Shown here: positions 48,701 to 62,199 of the stretch, piece after piece
Numbering within the stretch: position 1 is the stretch's first letter
How the letters are laid out: the number at the start of each line of letters is the position of its first letter
From: Lama guanicoe
Taxonomy: Eukaryota
Direction: 5' to 3'
Length of the DNA: 64,000 nt
Assembly: GCA_013239625.1 (NCBI GenBank)
Contig: MU053994.1
Location: forward strand, 2,361,589-2,425,588
Notes under the pieces: generated by a model
Told to the model about the DNA's origin: nothing
Seen by the model: the letters and a program-made list of their open reading frames with translations, nothing else
Databases searched by the model: none
Position numbers and translations under genes: made by a program

Positions 48701-49603
48701 GAAAGGCAATGTCACTTCTACTTCCGATTCCTTTTGGCATTCCCTATACTGCTGAGTATGGAGTCACACCATAGTACCTCTATCTGTTAGAAGTAGGAAG
48801 AAATAGGTGGATGAGCCTCTTTGTCTATTCATCTTTGATGAGTGTGTGGTTGTCCTCTTTCCTGGGCCAGCCGAGGCTCATTATGTCTGCAACCCACGCT
48901 CCCGTCTTTGGGAACCTGTCTGCCCTCACACTCTCCCGTCTGGGTTGCCATATTCTTTTCCATATAGTCCATCCCACCCCATGACTGCAGCTGATTGGGC
49001 TAAAAGAGGCCACTGACTCGGGACCAGCCAATCAGAGGCTGCTCTGGGAGCCAGGGTGTGGTGTGGTCGGCTGAGGGGACAACTTGCTCAGTCCAGTTCC
49101 TCCTACTGGAAAATGTTCCATCTAGCTGCACAGAGAATGCAAGCCACACAGCTATGGGCAGAAGGCAGCACCTGTCTGTTCAGGGCTGGTTAAGTTGTGA
49201 GAAGCAGAGAATGGCGGACAGGGGGAGAACAGAGAGAAGCAGAACCACGCCACAGCCCCAGGAGAGTGGTAAAGCCGGTGCCTGGGGCTCCCTCAGCGCC
49301 CATGGACTGTCCAGTTCTTCACCTCGTGTTGCCTCACAATGAAACCCCCTGTTTTTTGAGACACTTGAGTCTCCTCTGATCTTGTAAATAGCTCCCATTG
49401 TCTACGATGGCCTGTGTCTTACATCTGGGCATTTCTCCTTTCCAGATGTTTCCCTCTGCATGTCTTCGTCTGCTTCTCTCTTCTTACCTCTTTATTGCCA
49501 TCACTCCCCCTCTAGCGCTCTGGCTAACCAGACACTACATTTTGACTGTGCATTGTTTTTCATGAAGTCATGGACCGTCAGCCCTATAAGGCACCTTTTA
49601 CAT

Positions 49604-49812
49604 TAATGCTGTCCAATAGAACTTTCTGTGATGATGGAAACGTTCCACATCTGTGCTGTCCAAGACGGTGGCCACCAGATACATGTTGCTATTAAGCACT
49701 CGAAATGGGGCCGCTGTGACTGAGGAGCTAAATTTTTTTATTTTATTTAATTTTAATCACTTTAAATTTAAATAACCCCATGTGACTAATGGCTATTGAG
49801 TTGGGCAATACC
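49604..49812. mobile_element. MER3 hAT-Charlie element
   Basis: gctgtccaatagaactttctgtgatgatggaaacgttc...gtgactgaggagctaaattttttattttatttaattttaat. Confidence 0.85.
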
Positions 49813-50178
49813 GTTGTTCTATCTTCTGATCCATTGCCTCTTTTTACAGACAAGTCTCTCGTTGTGAATGTAAGAGCTGTGGATCGTGTCCTTCCTATTC
49901 CAGTGTGTGTCTCCTCAAGTCACCACCCAGCTACGGGACACAGCAGCACAGGCACTGGGGTGACGGGCTCCAACTGAAAGACGAGTAGTTGCACTCTCAA
50001 AACAGCAGACCCAGGCAGAGCCTCAGAGGCTCTCCATGCAAGGGCCTGTGTGTAGTGGGGGGACAAGTCAGGTGATTGGGCTGAAGCAGGACAACATCGT
50101 AACCTCAAACTCAGGGCCACCTCTCTGATTTAGGGGACCTCATCCGAGGTGGTAGCCCCTGGGACAGAAATGAGCTAG

Positions 50179-50299
50179 ATGATAACAGATGCACACTACT
50201 GTAAATAAAATAGGTAAACAACTGAATCACTTTGCCGTACACCTGAAACTAACACGACATTGTAAATTAACTATACTTCAATTAAAAAAGAAAAAAAGG
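50179..50299 (+). mobile_element. Internally deleted L1 3'UTR fragment
   Basis: ctgaatcactttgccgtacacctgaaactaacacgacattgtaaattaactatacttcaatt + A tail; TSD aatgagctag at 50169-50178 and 50300-50309. Confidence 0.8.
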
Positions 50300-53269
50300 A
50301 ATGAGCTAGCTGACTCCCAAAAGTGCTTTTGCTGGACTACAGATGTGGCCCAGATGTGGCCATGTGACCTTGTTCTGGCCAATGGCATGTAAGCTGAAAA
50401 GATGGATGTCACATTCAGATCTGGCCCATAAAAATCTCCCATGTGCTCTTTCCCCTTCTACACCTTAGTACAGATGAGTCCAGCAGAGCTACAAGATGGA
50501 AGGAACCTGGATCCCTGAATCACTCCTGAGAGGAGAGCCTCCCGTCTTTCAGAGTCACCAATTTTGGACTTTAGATCAGTGATAAACAATCCTCCGTTGT
50601 AAGCCGTTGCACCTTGGGGGGTGATCTGTTGCAACAGCCAGCGTTTCCCTGACTGTTACACACCCAGGAAACACACTTCCTCCTGAACATGTCCTTACGT
50701 TGTGGGTGGCGGGGACTGGGATGACTCTGGCAGTGAGTGCAGTGAGGGCGATGTGGTCTTGTCGGTTACCACCTGAGATCTCAGCACAAGGTGAAGCAGT
50801 GGTGCTCGGCGCTGACTGAGTCTGGGTAGGGCCTTCCTGTTACTCACAGCCTACCCTCTGTGTAGCTGCAGCCAGACAGACCTGTGCTCCCCTTGGTCCC
50901 CTAGGCCGCTGAATGGAGCTTCTAGCGGATGCCCACAAGGGACCAGAATCCCTCTGGGGGAGCAAAGGCCTACAGAAAAACCTCTCTGAGGAGCTGATGG
51001 CCCTCACTCTCCACAGGGATAATACACGGGCCACATGGGGCTTCCTTCCTCCACTGTCCTTAGGCTGGGCCAGTGGGCCTCAGTGTGAGGGACAGGGAGC
51101 ACCTTAGCACCCAAGAGCTCATGTGACTTATTCTACTGTGAGCAGCAAGCAGAAAGTCAAAGAAACTGGAATCACGATTTGAGCGAGGCCCACGGTGGCT
51201 ATTTCTTGGCAAAGGAATGAGGAACTTGGCCAAAATTCCCTGCCAAAATTTCCCCGGCTCTGAGAGTCATGGATGAAGGGCGCAAACACTTTCTGCCTCA
51301 TTAACCAAACTAGGGAATACAAGAGGAGGGTCAGGCTTGGGAGGGGAAATGTTGAGACCACTTTGGAGCATACGACGTCTGAGGGGTCGATGGGGTGCCC
51401 ACATAGATGCTTCTAGCATCTGGATGGGAATGGGGACCTGAGAGGGTCAGATCAGGGAGCAAGCTTGTGTCTGGAGACAGCTGATGATGGGAACCACAGG
51501 GAAGGAGGGGATTGCTGAGAGAGGGGTGTGGGAGGAGCCACCATGGGGGGAGAGTGTGAGGCAGGAGGGTGTGGTCAGCCAGGTGGGGCAGCCAGAGGAC
51601 AGGAGGGCAAGGGCTTTGGAAAGGCCATTGCATCTGGTGACATGAGCTCATTGGTGGCCCTCGAGAACAGGAGTTAACCCAGAAGGACACTCACTGGTTG
51701 GCAAGGGGAAGTCGGGTGGAGATTTAAAATTTATGGCAGAGTCTGCAAAAAGGATAAATTGCCCCTTAGAGACTGTAAGCTAATTGTATCCCGTGGTGCG
51801 CCTGGGGCAGGGACAGTCTAGCGGCACAAAACAGAAGCCCCCTTACACAAGCTTAACTAAAAAGGGAGAATTTATGGGAAGACAATGAGGCTATCTCCGA
51901 GATTCAAGGACAGGAAGTGCAGCCGGCCTTAGGGGGCGGGAACTGGCAACTGGGGAGCCAGCAGGAACCTTGGCAGCTCTGTTCTCTCCTTCTCTATCTC
52001 TGCTTTCCTCCCAGATGGCTTCTTTCTTCTCTCTCAGCTTTTTCTGCCACTCTGTGCACATGGTGGAAAATGGCTGCCTCAGGTGGCCTTCCCTGGCCTG
52101 TTCACGTCCGTCTCCTCCGGGCTCACACTGCACCTGGCACAAGGCATTCAAACAGCCAACAAAGACTGCCTAGGGCCACCAAGGTGTCCCGAGGGCCAGT
52201 TCCTGGGAGAGCATCTGATTGGTCCATTTGGGTCAGGTGCCCATCCCTTGTCCAATCAGCTATGGCCAAGGGGAGGGTCTTGTGCCCTCGGGGCCCCTCA
52301 GTGGGGCCTGGGGAGCAGCATCTTTGGAAAGGCAGCCCAGGCAGGTTCTTGAAGAGGAGAATATGGGGGCTGTCATACTGTCTTGTTCCAGACAAGCCAG
52401 ACAAGCTGCAGGCCTCCTCTGATCCTCCTGGAACAGAGAGAGGCTCCTGAGGTCAGCCTCCACTTTAAATAAACAATACCATGAAAGCCACGAGGAATGG
52501 GGCATGTGCACCCACAGACAAGCGGCAAACGACACTGTACCATGCGTGCCTCCTCTCTCTCGCCCATCTGCACATTCAAGCCCAGGTACACCACCCAAAG
52601 CGCTCATCAGGGCCTCTTGCGACATTCAGGAAATTTCCCCAGGCTCAGCTGTCATCTACTTTGTTTCCCTCCGCTCCAGCCTGAAATGGGAAGAGCTAAA
52701 TTGGAGGGGCCTGCGGGAGAGGGGGCCGCAGTAGTTGCCCTGCTTGGAATGGCCCTGACCCCACAGCATGTGGATCAAGCAGTCTCCACGGGAAGCAGTT
52801 AGGCTAGTTTGACAAGTATTTAGGTACAAAGGGGTGATCGACAAAGATGTGGGTGTAGGGGAACCACAGGGATAGCAGAAGCGGAAGCTGTTAGCAGTGG
52901 AGATTTTTTTTTTTTTTTACCACCTCAGATCCAGAGGTGAGGAGAGAAGGCCACCTTAAAAGGAGCAGGGACGTTCAGTGGGAGTGTCAGTCAGCCCAAG
53001 CCAACTTCACAAGGAGGAAGTTGGGGAATAAACTTCACCTCATTTCTCCTCCTGCCCTCTGAGTTCTTGACACCGGGAAGCCAGAGGGCGGGGGGCCCTT
53101 TGAGATGGATGCAGAGGCGTCGTCTTCCTGGGGCACCGTAAACCTGAGGGGGCAAATGGAAAATGTGACCATCTGCTTACACATGGGTCATGTGCTACAC
53201 TGTGGGCTCCTCCAGGGCAAGCCACTTGGCTCCTTTCTTTTTGTCGCCAGCACCCAATCCAGTGCACCC

Positions 53270-53420
53270 CTCAACAACCCTGTAAGGTACACTGTATTCT
53301 TGTCTCAGTTTTATAGACTAGGCTCAGAGAGGTTAGGCGACTTGCCCAAGGTCACCCAGCGGGTTTTGGTGGGATCACAGCTAGGACTTCAAGTCCATTT
53401 CTCCAGTCATTTACAGTCTG
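53270..53420 (-). mobile_element. MIR SINE
   Basis: aggctcagagaggttaggcgacttgcccaaggtcacccag. Confidence 0.75.
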
Positions 53421-53739
53421 CCATCCATTGTCAGAAGGCCTCTAAGGCTCGTTCCTGGCTGTGCAGGCTGTCCAGAATTGGAAACTCTGACTTTCAAGAG
53501 GCTGAACAATTGAGCAGGAACCAGAGCAAAGAGGGGCCGGAATTGGCACTGAGGAACTCAGGGCGTCGGGGGGAGGGAGGGTTTCTGCTGCCGTCTCCTG
53601 GGTCATTAACACCCTTTACTTCTACCCATTCTTTGCTTCAAATACAAGCAGAACCAGGGAAGAGGAGGGCAGGGGAATGCCCTCCCTACTCATTGCAAAA
53701 CTGAATAATAATTCTGAAGATTTTAAAATAGAATTCACT

Positions 53740-54112
53740 TAAAGAGGAAGGAAATTCTGACACATGCTACAACATGGATGAACCTTGAGGACATACTCAG
53801 TGAAATAAGCCAGTCACAAAAGGACAGATATTCTATGATTCCAGTCATTTGAAGAAATTAAAGTAGTCAAATTCATAGAGACAGAAAGTGGAATGGTGGT
53901 CACTGGGGCGCTGGGTGGGGAGGAGAGAATAGGGAGTCAGTGTTTAACGGAGACAGAGTTTCAGTTTTGCAAGATGAAAAAAGTTCTGGAGAGGGATGGC
54001 GGTGATGGTTGTACGACAAGGTGAGTGTACTTAGTGCCACTGAGCTGGACGCTTAAAAATTGATTACAATGGTCTGTTTTATGTTATGCATATTTTACAC
54101 AATTGTAAAAAA
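53740..54112 (+). mobile_element. L1MB-type 3' end
   Basis: aaggaaattctgacacatgctacaacatggatgaaccttgaggac...gaaataagccagtcacaaaaggaca...cagagtttcagttttgcaagatgaaaaagttctggag. Confidence 0.88.
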
Positions 54113-54571
54113 CTGAATTTGGTAAACATTTAATGAGCACCTACTGTGTGCTCTGCACGAGGAATTCAAAGCCCTAAAACATCCACCTTAGTGGCAAGCT
54201 CAGCCACGTTGGGCAAAGTGATGTAAATGAACTTTGTGCTGGGTGGGAAATACAATAATACAGTGTGGGCGGGACCGAGGGAGCGCCGGGGAGGGAGGGT
54301 GGGCTCAGCTGCACTGGGGATGGAGTGAAGCTTTCTCGAAGGAAGTAGTCTCTTAGCTGGGCTTATCCAGAGACTGAGAGGACTTTAAGTGTGAGAAAGA
54401 GGTTGGGCAGGAAGTGGAGGAGCGGGGAACACACAGAACTTTCCAAGCAAAGAACTCTTGCACAAGGAAAAATGTAGAGGTGGGAAATAGCATGCTGTTA
54501 AGCCTCTTCTCCTTTGTTTGTGGGATGTGACCAAATCCACATCCCCTTATGCTACACTGATAGGTCTACGA

Positions 54572-54833
54572 CAGTGCGTCTCAAACCAGTCCCTCACAGA
54601 CTGACATGTGGCTCTACTGTAAATGACGATTATGGAGTTTATGCCATATGTCACTCACCATGGAAATTTGAACCAATCTATTTCCTGTTCAACAAGAGAC
54701 CACTGACAAAAAGCAATGGATGTCACAGCAAGGTCAAGTTGCTTTCAGGTTTCCAGAATGGATACTTTCCATTTCTGTGCTTTTCTTATTGTGGACCAGC
54801 ACTGGTCCACGGACCACACTTTGAGTAGCGCTG
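54572..54833. mobile_element. Non-autonomous hAT-Charlie element
   Basis: TIRs CAGTGCGTCTCAAA / TTTGAGTAGCGCTG; 8-bp TSD gtctacga (54564-54571) / gtctataa (54834-54841). Confidence 0.75.
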
Positions 54834-57384
54834 GTCTATAAGACCGTGAGTCCCTTAAAGGGAGGAACCATTTCTTTTTATTTTGTCCATCCTTCGGACT
54901 TGTAGCAGACTACCCCAGAGAAGTCCTCTTCTTTCCCAGAAAGGGATGCCTACCTGTTAATTAGCTAGTGTTTTCCCTGTGTTTTGAATATGGAAAGCTC
55001 TGCCAGTATTAAATACTATTATTATTATTAGCCTTGTGTCCACTATAGTGGATGTCATTTAATTAAAACTGCATAATAGGCAAATCTTCCTTAATTGGCT
55101 GGGATGTGGCTAGGAAACCGTCTCGAGTCTGTGTCTGCATTCTCTGTTCTGTGGCCATCACATCACATTCTCTGGCGATGGGTCATTTTGGAGACCTTGG
55201 GCAGGGTTCAAGGAAGGTTATCTGGCTACTGATTAACACTTAATTAGCACCTTTTTCATGTAGCACAGCAGTGACTTTGTAAATTTAAAAATTTCAGGGG
55301 ACCACTTAATGTGGAATTAAAGTACAAGTGCAATATTTAAGATGCATGAAATTGTTTTACGCATTACAGCATTAACTAGCTCTTAATTTATGCAGTGCAT
55401 GCCAACGAAGGGCAATTAAAGTGTAGCAGGGAAAAAAAAATTATAGATCTCTACGTTGTCCTGTCTTTTTGTCTAACAATGCTTCTGAAAGCTTTTGCTA
55501 CGTTCATATCTCAACTCCTATTCTAGATTTAGAAGTAAATGCTAAGTTCTGAAACTTGTTTGCCCGATAGGAATTGGCATTATCTTAAAGCTGAAACTAC
55601 GTCCAACCACTAAGTCCCTCCAGGGCCCAGAAATCCACCCGGCCTCAGTGATTGGTGCAGGGATAGGTACATAACCCCAATATAGCGAATGAGATGTCAG
55701 GAGACATTTGCTGGACTTTAAGGGAAGTGATGCTAAAAGTGTCTTCTTTCATGTCGGAAGGAGTGGTTCTCCTTGCCCCCATCAGTGTGGGGCAAGGATG
55801 TGATGTCAGGAACGGTGGCAGCCATTTTGCAAGCAGTCTGCAGCTGCAGGGGGGTCGTTGTTTAGAATTTGGTGATGAATCCAACACCATGGGAGGCCAT
55901 ATGGCAAGATGAAGACAGACTCAATCCTTGAAGATACTGTGGGAGACACTTGATTTGGACTAGTCTGAAGGCCATCCAATTTCTGAATTATATTGGAACC
56001 TATAAATATGCTGCGTATTCCCAATTCCATGCCTTATTCATGCTGTTCCCTTTGGAAGGCTCTTTCCTTCCTTCTCCATCCTTCAAGACCAAGTCCAAAA
56101 GCCACCCTTCTAAGAAGCTTTTCTTGAGCTGAACCGTGCTCGGGATGGTCAGAACCATGCCCAGCTCCTCTAGGGTGCTAATACCCCTTACTTGAAATTC
56201 TCCTTCTGCAAGGAGCACGCGCTGCCCTGAAAAGCGTGAAGCTGCAAATGTGACTCTCCATCTCCCCCGAGAGGACCTAAGCTTTTGCTTTTGTCCCCAG
56301 CGTTAGTGTTGCACCTGGCACACTGAGTCCGCAAAATGCTGCAAACCCGTTCCTAGAAAGGAATGTTAGCGATATCAGGATGGTGTAGTCAGAAAAGAAG
56401 AAAGCACATACCAGCATATGGTCTTTTTAGCTAAAGCCAGAAGGGAAAAAAAAAAACAAAAAACTGGGTAAATGCTGCAGCTGGGTGGATTCCTGGGCCA
56501 CTGCAGCTGCTGAGAGCAGACGAGGACTTGCAATAAGAAGGGGGAGGAGTCACAGATGCAAGCCAATCAGAGTATTTGTCTGTCCCTCAGTTTGTAACTT
56601 ACATAGATGGATACAGTGTCTAACTACAAAGTTGAGGGCTAGGAAAGTAAGAGTTTCCCAGTCACCTCCTTGTCCCCATGCCCTGTGTCCTCTTGGCAGA
56701 CATGGAGCTGTACTGTTCTGATCCCTCTCCAGCCACTCAGAATCTGGTCAGCTGACAGCCTTATGGTCCACCCAGCACTACTCGGAGTAGTGGCTCTAGC
56801 CAACGGTGGCACTCAGGGTTGGCCATTTCCGCCCAAATTGGGGCTGCTCTAATAGGCACCATTTGCTGGGAGCTGTTCAGATCTGCATCACTGCCTGCTT
56901 GCTCCCTGCCCAATCCTGCTTCTGCCCTTCTCCTTTCAGGGGTGCTTCCTCAACAAACCCTTGACACTCCTGACTCTATCTTAGCACCTGCTTCCCAAAG
57001 AACCTGCCCCAGACATAAAAACTGCTAACTCATGAGTGTGTATTCTTCCAGACATTTTTTCTATTCATTTACATACATGTATGTATGTATACTCCCTAAA
57101 GATTTGTTATAATTCATTTTGTTTTTACATAAATAGGATTGTACTATGTATATGAATTATTCTACAATTTAAACCATTTTAGCACATCTCCATGAACAGT
57201 AGGTATCAGTGCATGGAGGGACATCTTTTTGCTTGCTGTATACTATTCCACAGTATGGCAAGCCCACTGTTACTTAACCTTTCTTATACTGATGGATATT
57301 TGGCTTTTCTACCTTCCATAATTATTAATAATGCTGCTAGGAACATGCTATAAGCAGATTGCAAGTAATAATAATAAACTGAAC

Positions 57385-57910
57385 GTTATTCTAGATAGTT
57401 TATAAACCTGAATTAACCAAGCCTTTTTTTTGTGTTCCGATGCTGCTCTGACGTCTAGAGATTTCTGCTGACCCTGGAAGGATTGCCCCTCCCAGGATTA
57501 GCCAGTTCCTGGAGATAATAAACGAGCAATTTGCCTGGGTGTACCTTTCAAATGCAAACCAACCAATCCAGAGCCCACACCCCTAACCGCCACCTCTGTC
57601 TGGCTCTCACACTCCAGGCCCTCCCTCCTGCCCTAATCGGACAGCTAGGGGCAGCCCCAGTGCCCCAGAGCTCACTGAGATCTTTCAAACCTTGCCCTGC
57701 CTCTCCTGTTCCTTTTCACGGAAACCACAGTAAAGGTTCTTGCCCACCAGTTCCCCCTCTAGCTCAGCTTGCTGATCAACTCCAGTGCTTCCTTGTGTGC
57801 CCCTCCTCCTGGGGCCTAGCGTGGCCCCTCCTCTGGGGATGTGTAAATATAACCAATTATCTTTTCTGTGGCCATTGTCTCCTGATCTTTTGGCGTCACC
57901 ATACCTGAAT
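57385..57910 (+). mobile_element. ERV1-class LTR (old MER-type), family uncertain
   Basis: tcaaatgcaaaccaaccaatccagagcccacaccc...ggaaaccacagtaaagg...; boundaries approximate. Confidence 0.5.
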
Positions 57911-60900
57911 AATAATAATAATTATTCAAAACAGGAGGACCTCGCATCCACAAGGTCGAACAAACATTTTCTCTTTCTCCCAATGGTTCCAGAATGCTTT
58001 CATTTGTGAACTCTTTCTGGGCAAAGTGAAGTGCTAAATGTGCTGAGTTACTTAGGGCAGACACAAGAAAGAACTTCCTGCTAATAAGCAAGGCCACCTG
58101 AATAATCTTACTTCGGGAGCATCTTTCGAAGAGCAGCGTCAGCGGCCACAGCAACAACCCTGTGAGCCGATTCCCCACAGAGCAGAGGCAGGGACCGAAG
58201 CAAGGCAGGCAGCTCCTGCCAGCTGCAGGCTTCGGGAATTTACCGCCCACCCATGCACAGCCCCACCCCTTGCTGATGGAGGCCACGAGGTTCCCTCCGG
58301 CCCACCCCGGCAGACAGCTGAGGTCATCCTCACCTGAGGAGGGAGGAGGGCTGGGATTACCGCCTTCTCTGTTGCCCTGGGGCTCTGGGCCCCGATGACG
58401 CGGGGCATCCTGGCGGAGGTTGGCCTGTGTTCACAGCTGCCTGCCGGGAGCCGGAGCCTGTCAGCTCGAGCGGCAGCGAGGGAAGACGTTTCTGACACAA
58501 AACCCCAGGGGAATCCACGGAGGAGCTGGGCTGTCATTACTTATTAACAATAGGCCTGATCCCCAGCCAGGCAGGCCCAGGGAAATAGCCTGCAGGGAGG
58601 CCGGCCTCCCCGCAACGAGGTGGTTTAACACTTTCAGGGCAGGAGGAAGCTGTTTGGGGGGTTAATTGTCACATTTTTGCATGTAAGAGGGGCCATTCTT
58701 TACATATCCTACACCGGAGCCCTCTTCCTCCTCTTCCCCACCCCCTCTCTGTGTCCGCATTCTTCTCTTCGGTTCTCCTGCCCCCTCAGGTTTTAAGCCG
58801 GCAAACCCACAGGATGTGGCAGACTGTGCTTATAAAGAGGAGAAAGATTTGAGCATGCACGCAGTCAGACACCTGGGACTAATGTCCTCCGAGAGGGCGT
58901 GCAGGGAGAGGCGGGGAGGGGAAGAGGCCGATGGAATTGGCAGCTCCTGGTTGCAGACCCGGAAAGGTCAGCGAACTAGCTGGTCGTTAAGGCTGGTTAT
59001 TGCCTCTTTTCTCCCCTCAAGGGGACCTGGGCTCCAGCGCCAGAACACTATGTCCCAGCTCCGCCATCTCAGGTGCGCGAAGCCACCCACCCGTGATGTG
59101 GCAGGTCAGGTTTCCCGGGGAAGCAGATGCGGAGACGCAGATCAGCATGCAGGCCACCTTTTAGGGAGGACTTCTAGGCTCAGCACCTTAGTCTGGTGTG
59201 GATCAGGCCCTGGGCAGGGCGGTTTCTTTAGCTTGGGGGAAGGTCCAACAGCTGAAGGCCGGCTGCAGGCAGCGCTCCAGCCGCAGAGGGTGAAGTCCTT
59301 CCTTCCGGAAGGGGGAGCACGGCCACCACCACCCTGCCTCCCGGAGGACGGCTGAACTGGGAGCTCTCCAGATCGCAGCGGGGGCATTCCTCAGGATTCT
59401 CGCCTCCCCACCGAGGCCAGCCTGGCCTCCTTTCCTGCTGCATCTCCTCCCGTCCTTCCTGCTCCCCCTCCACCCATCCCTCCTCCCATCCCTCTTTGAT
59501 TCCCTCTTCCCTGCAGGGGCTATCCCGAGGTTTTCAAAGTTTTTAAAGGCCGTCCAATTCAGTGGGCCAGTGCGAGTTTACGAGGCAGCGGAACTGCCCT
59601 AATTGAGGTGGAAGGTCAGGGAGCCCCTCCCTCCGGCCACCGTTGTCTTGCTGTAAAACACTTGTAATCTGTAAAGAGCTGGCTGAATCCAGAGCATTTT
59701 TTTCCTCTCTAATTGGGCGGTTCCAAACTTCACCACAGGGGGTGCTAAATTGTCATAGGCTCTTTTATTTGTGTCAACAGGAGCAGGAAGCGTACAGTTG
59801 CTATCTGTCTGTGATGTAAATTCCATCTGTGCCAGGTTCCAGCTACTTTAGGAGAAGGTAGTGGGTCTAATTGGGGACACGCATTTAGGAACAGTCAGTT
59901 AGCATTTTATCACAAGTCCACGCTCCAGAGCCCACCATGACCCGAGCTTCCATCAGCACCGGAGGTTTTGTTCATTAGCATAAAAGGGCCTTAGAAATGA
60001 GTTCCCACTGGTGGAAGCACTTCGAGGTGGGTGGATGGGCCAGGGATAGGGGCGGCACTTCAGCTCTTGCAGCCGCAGACCGGGAGAATCTGGTGCGCTC
60101 CGTGGTTGGTCCTCGGAGGGCTGGCACCGTGGGCTTGACTCCTAAGTGGTCCTGCGTGCGCTGAGCGGCTGATTTGGTGGATTTGTGCCCCTGGAGTCGG
60201 ACTAGAAGGTTAGAGAATCCCGCTGCAAGACTCCTAGCATTTGCCTCAGGCAAACTTTCCTGCCTGGCGCTGTTGGAGCTCTTAAAAGGACGGAGGCTTG
60301 AACTTCACGGAATTTACGGGACGAGTTATATGGCTGCCTGGCGTAGCTTGTTCAGAACTTGACCTGAAGACTTCCTTTCACAGTAACCTGGTGGCACGGT
60401 AGGGAGAGGGGCCCTACGCCCTTACCCACTTCTAATTACTAAAAACTACAGAGATTTCTCAAAAGGAACCTAATCTTTTGGGGGGGAGGGGCAAGACCAA
60501 ACTGGTTTAGGTCAATTAGCGCCAGCCTAAAACCCCACCCCAGAGCCTCTATAAAACCTTCATCAGCTGTGAATTCCCACCTTCCCACAGCAATAACCAC
60601 TGTGTACCCCTGTGTTTTCTCACGGGTGTAATAGGGGTCTAATCCTTGTGTCTTCTGTCATAAGGAGTTACAAGGACTAAATGGATTGTTTTGTTAAACC
60701 CTTCCAAAACAGGTTGGATTCACAAATTGAAGACTGATGCCTTGGGGTTGGGGGAGGTAAAAAAAAAATCAGCGCTCAGAAGTGTTCAGAGCAAGGAGGC
60801 CCCTGGTGTTCCTTATCAGCAAAAGTGTTTATTGAGGGCTGGTGTGCATGTGCGCCACGAACTACACTGACACGGGCCCTCGTGTCTCCATGTTTCTAGC

Positions 60901-61504
60901 ACATTTCCAGCGCAGGTGAAGCTTGATTAGGAACAGGGCCCATCAACTCACAGATCCTGCACACAAACAGATAATCAGCACAAAACTCCGGTGAGGAGAT
61001 TAGATTAGATACATTAGACCTGACGGCTCAGAATGCTGGTTGCCTACTGAAGAAGGGAGCCAAGCGCTGTGATTTCTCAACTTGGGTTAAATCGTCTCTC
61101 CCTGCAGCCTGGCCCTGAGAGGCGGAGTCAAATTCACCAGGAAAGGAAATGGATGGTTCTCAGCCAGCAGTGACCAGCTCACCTGTATGAGGTAAAACCC
61201 AGTGCTCAAGACCTCAGAGCACAATTTTGGTTCTGAGTGGCCTCCGGTGCCCTTTAGTGGATAAAGTGTTTTCACTGTCGATATCTGGTTGGAACTTTAT
61301 AGCTGCGGAAAATGTGAGGGTTGTGGGGCAGACGGCTGCATCTCCTTGAGATTGTTGATAGCTACCTCCCTGGGTCCCTTGCTGATGAAGGTCTAGATTT
61401 TTCCCGATATTGGATGGCAGTGTGTTGTTCACGGAAGGCGGACTTAACCCCAGGAGATGATTCATATGTACCCTGAGCAAATCATGGTACAAACATTACT
61501 TCTT

Positions 61505-62178
61505 TTTCTTTCTTTTTTTTTTTCCTTTTTTTAAATTGAAGTATAGTTGATTTACAGTGATGTGTTAGTTTCTGGTGTACAGCAAAGTGATTCAGTTATA
61601 TATAGTCTTTTTCATATTCTTTTCCATTATAGGCAATTACAAGGTATTGAGTATAGCTCCCTGTGCTATACAAAAGGACCTTGTTGTTAATTTTATATAT
61701 AATAGTATCTGCAAATCCCAAATTCCAAATTTACCCCTCCCCACCCCCTTCCTCTTTGGTAACCATAAGTTTGTTTTCAATGTCTGTGAGTCTATTTCTG
61801 TTTTGTAAATAAGTTCATTTGTATCGTTTTTTTTAGATTCCACATATGTAATATTATATGATATTTGTCTTTCTGACTTCACATAGTATGATAATCTCTA
61901 GGTTCATTCATGTTCCTGCAAATGGCATTATTTCATTCTTTTTCATGGTTAAGTAGTATTCCATTGTATATATATCACATCTTTATCCATTCATCTGTTG
62001 ATGGACATTTAGGTTGTTTCCATGTTTTGGCTATTGTAAATAGTGCTGCTATGAACATTGAGGTGCATGTATCTTTTCGAATTAGAGTTTTCGCCTTTTC
62101 CAGATATATGCCCAGGAGTGGAATTGCTGGACCATATAGTAACTCTATTTTTAGTTTTTTTAGTTTTTTTTTTTTTTA
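61505..62178 (-). mobile_element. 5'-truncated L1 3' end (artiodactyl L1_Art-like 3'UTR)
   Basis: ttgaagtatagttgatttacag...gtacagcaaagtgattcagttata; perfect TSD acaaacattacttctt at 61489-61504 and 62179-62194. Confidence 0.92.
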
Positions 62179-62199
62179 ACAAACATTACTTCTTGATGA

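Noticed and set aside
53105..53704. 199-aa ORF
   Set aside because: Runs through an antisense MIR (RLGSERLGDLPKVTQ is MIR core sequence); no domain.
645..62178. Minus-strand bias of young L1 inserts (6 of 7) as evidence of a + strand host transcript
   Set aside because: Sample is small, and older L1s and the many LTRs occur in both orientations.
62140..62178. T tract at the 5' end of the L1 as a twin-priming inversion
   Set aside because: Better explained by slippage duplication and expansion of the native L1 ctatttttagtttttt motif; no inverted L1 segment is visible.
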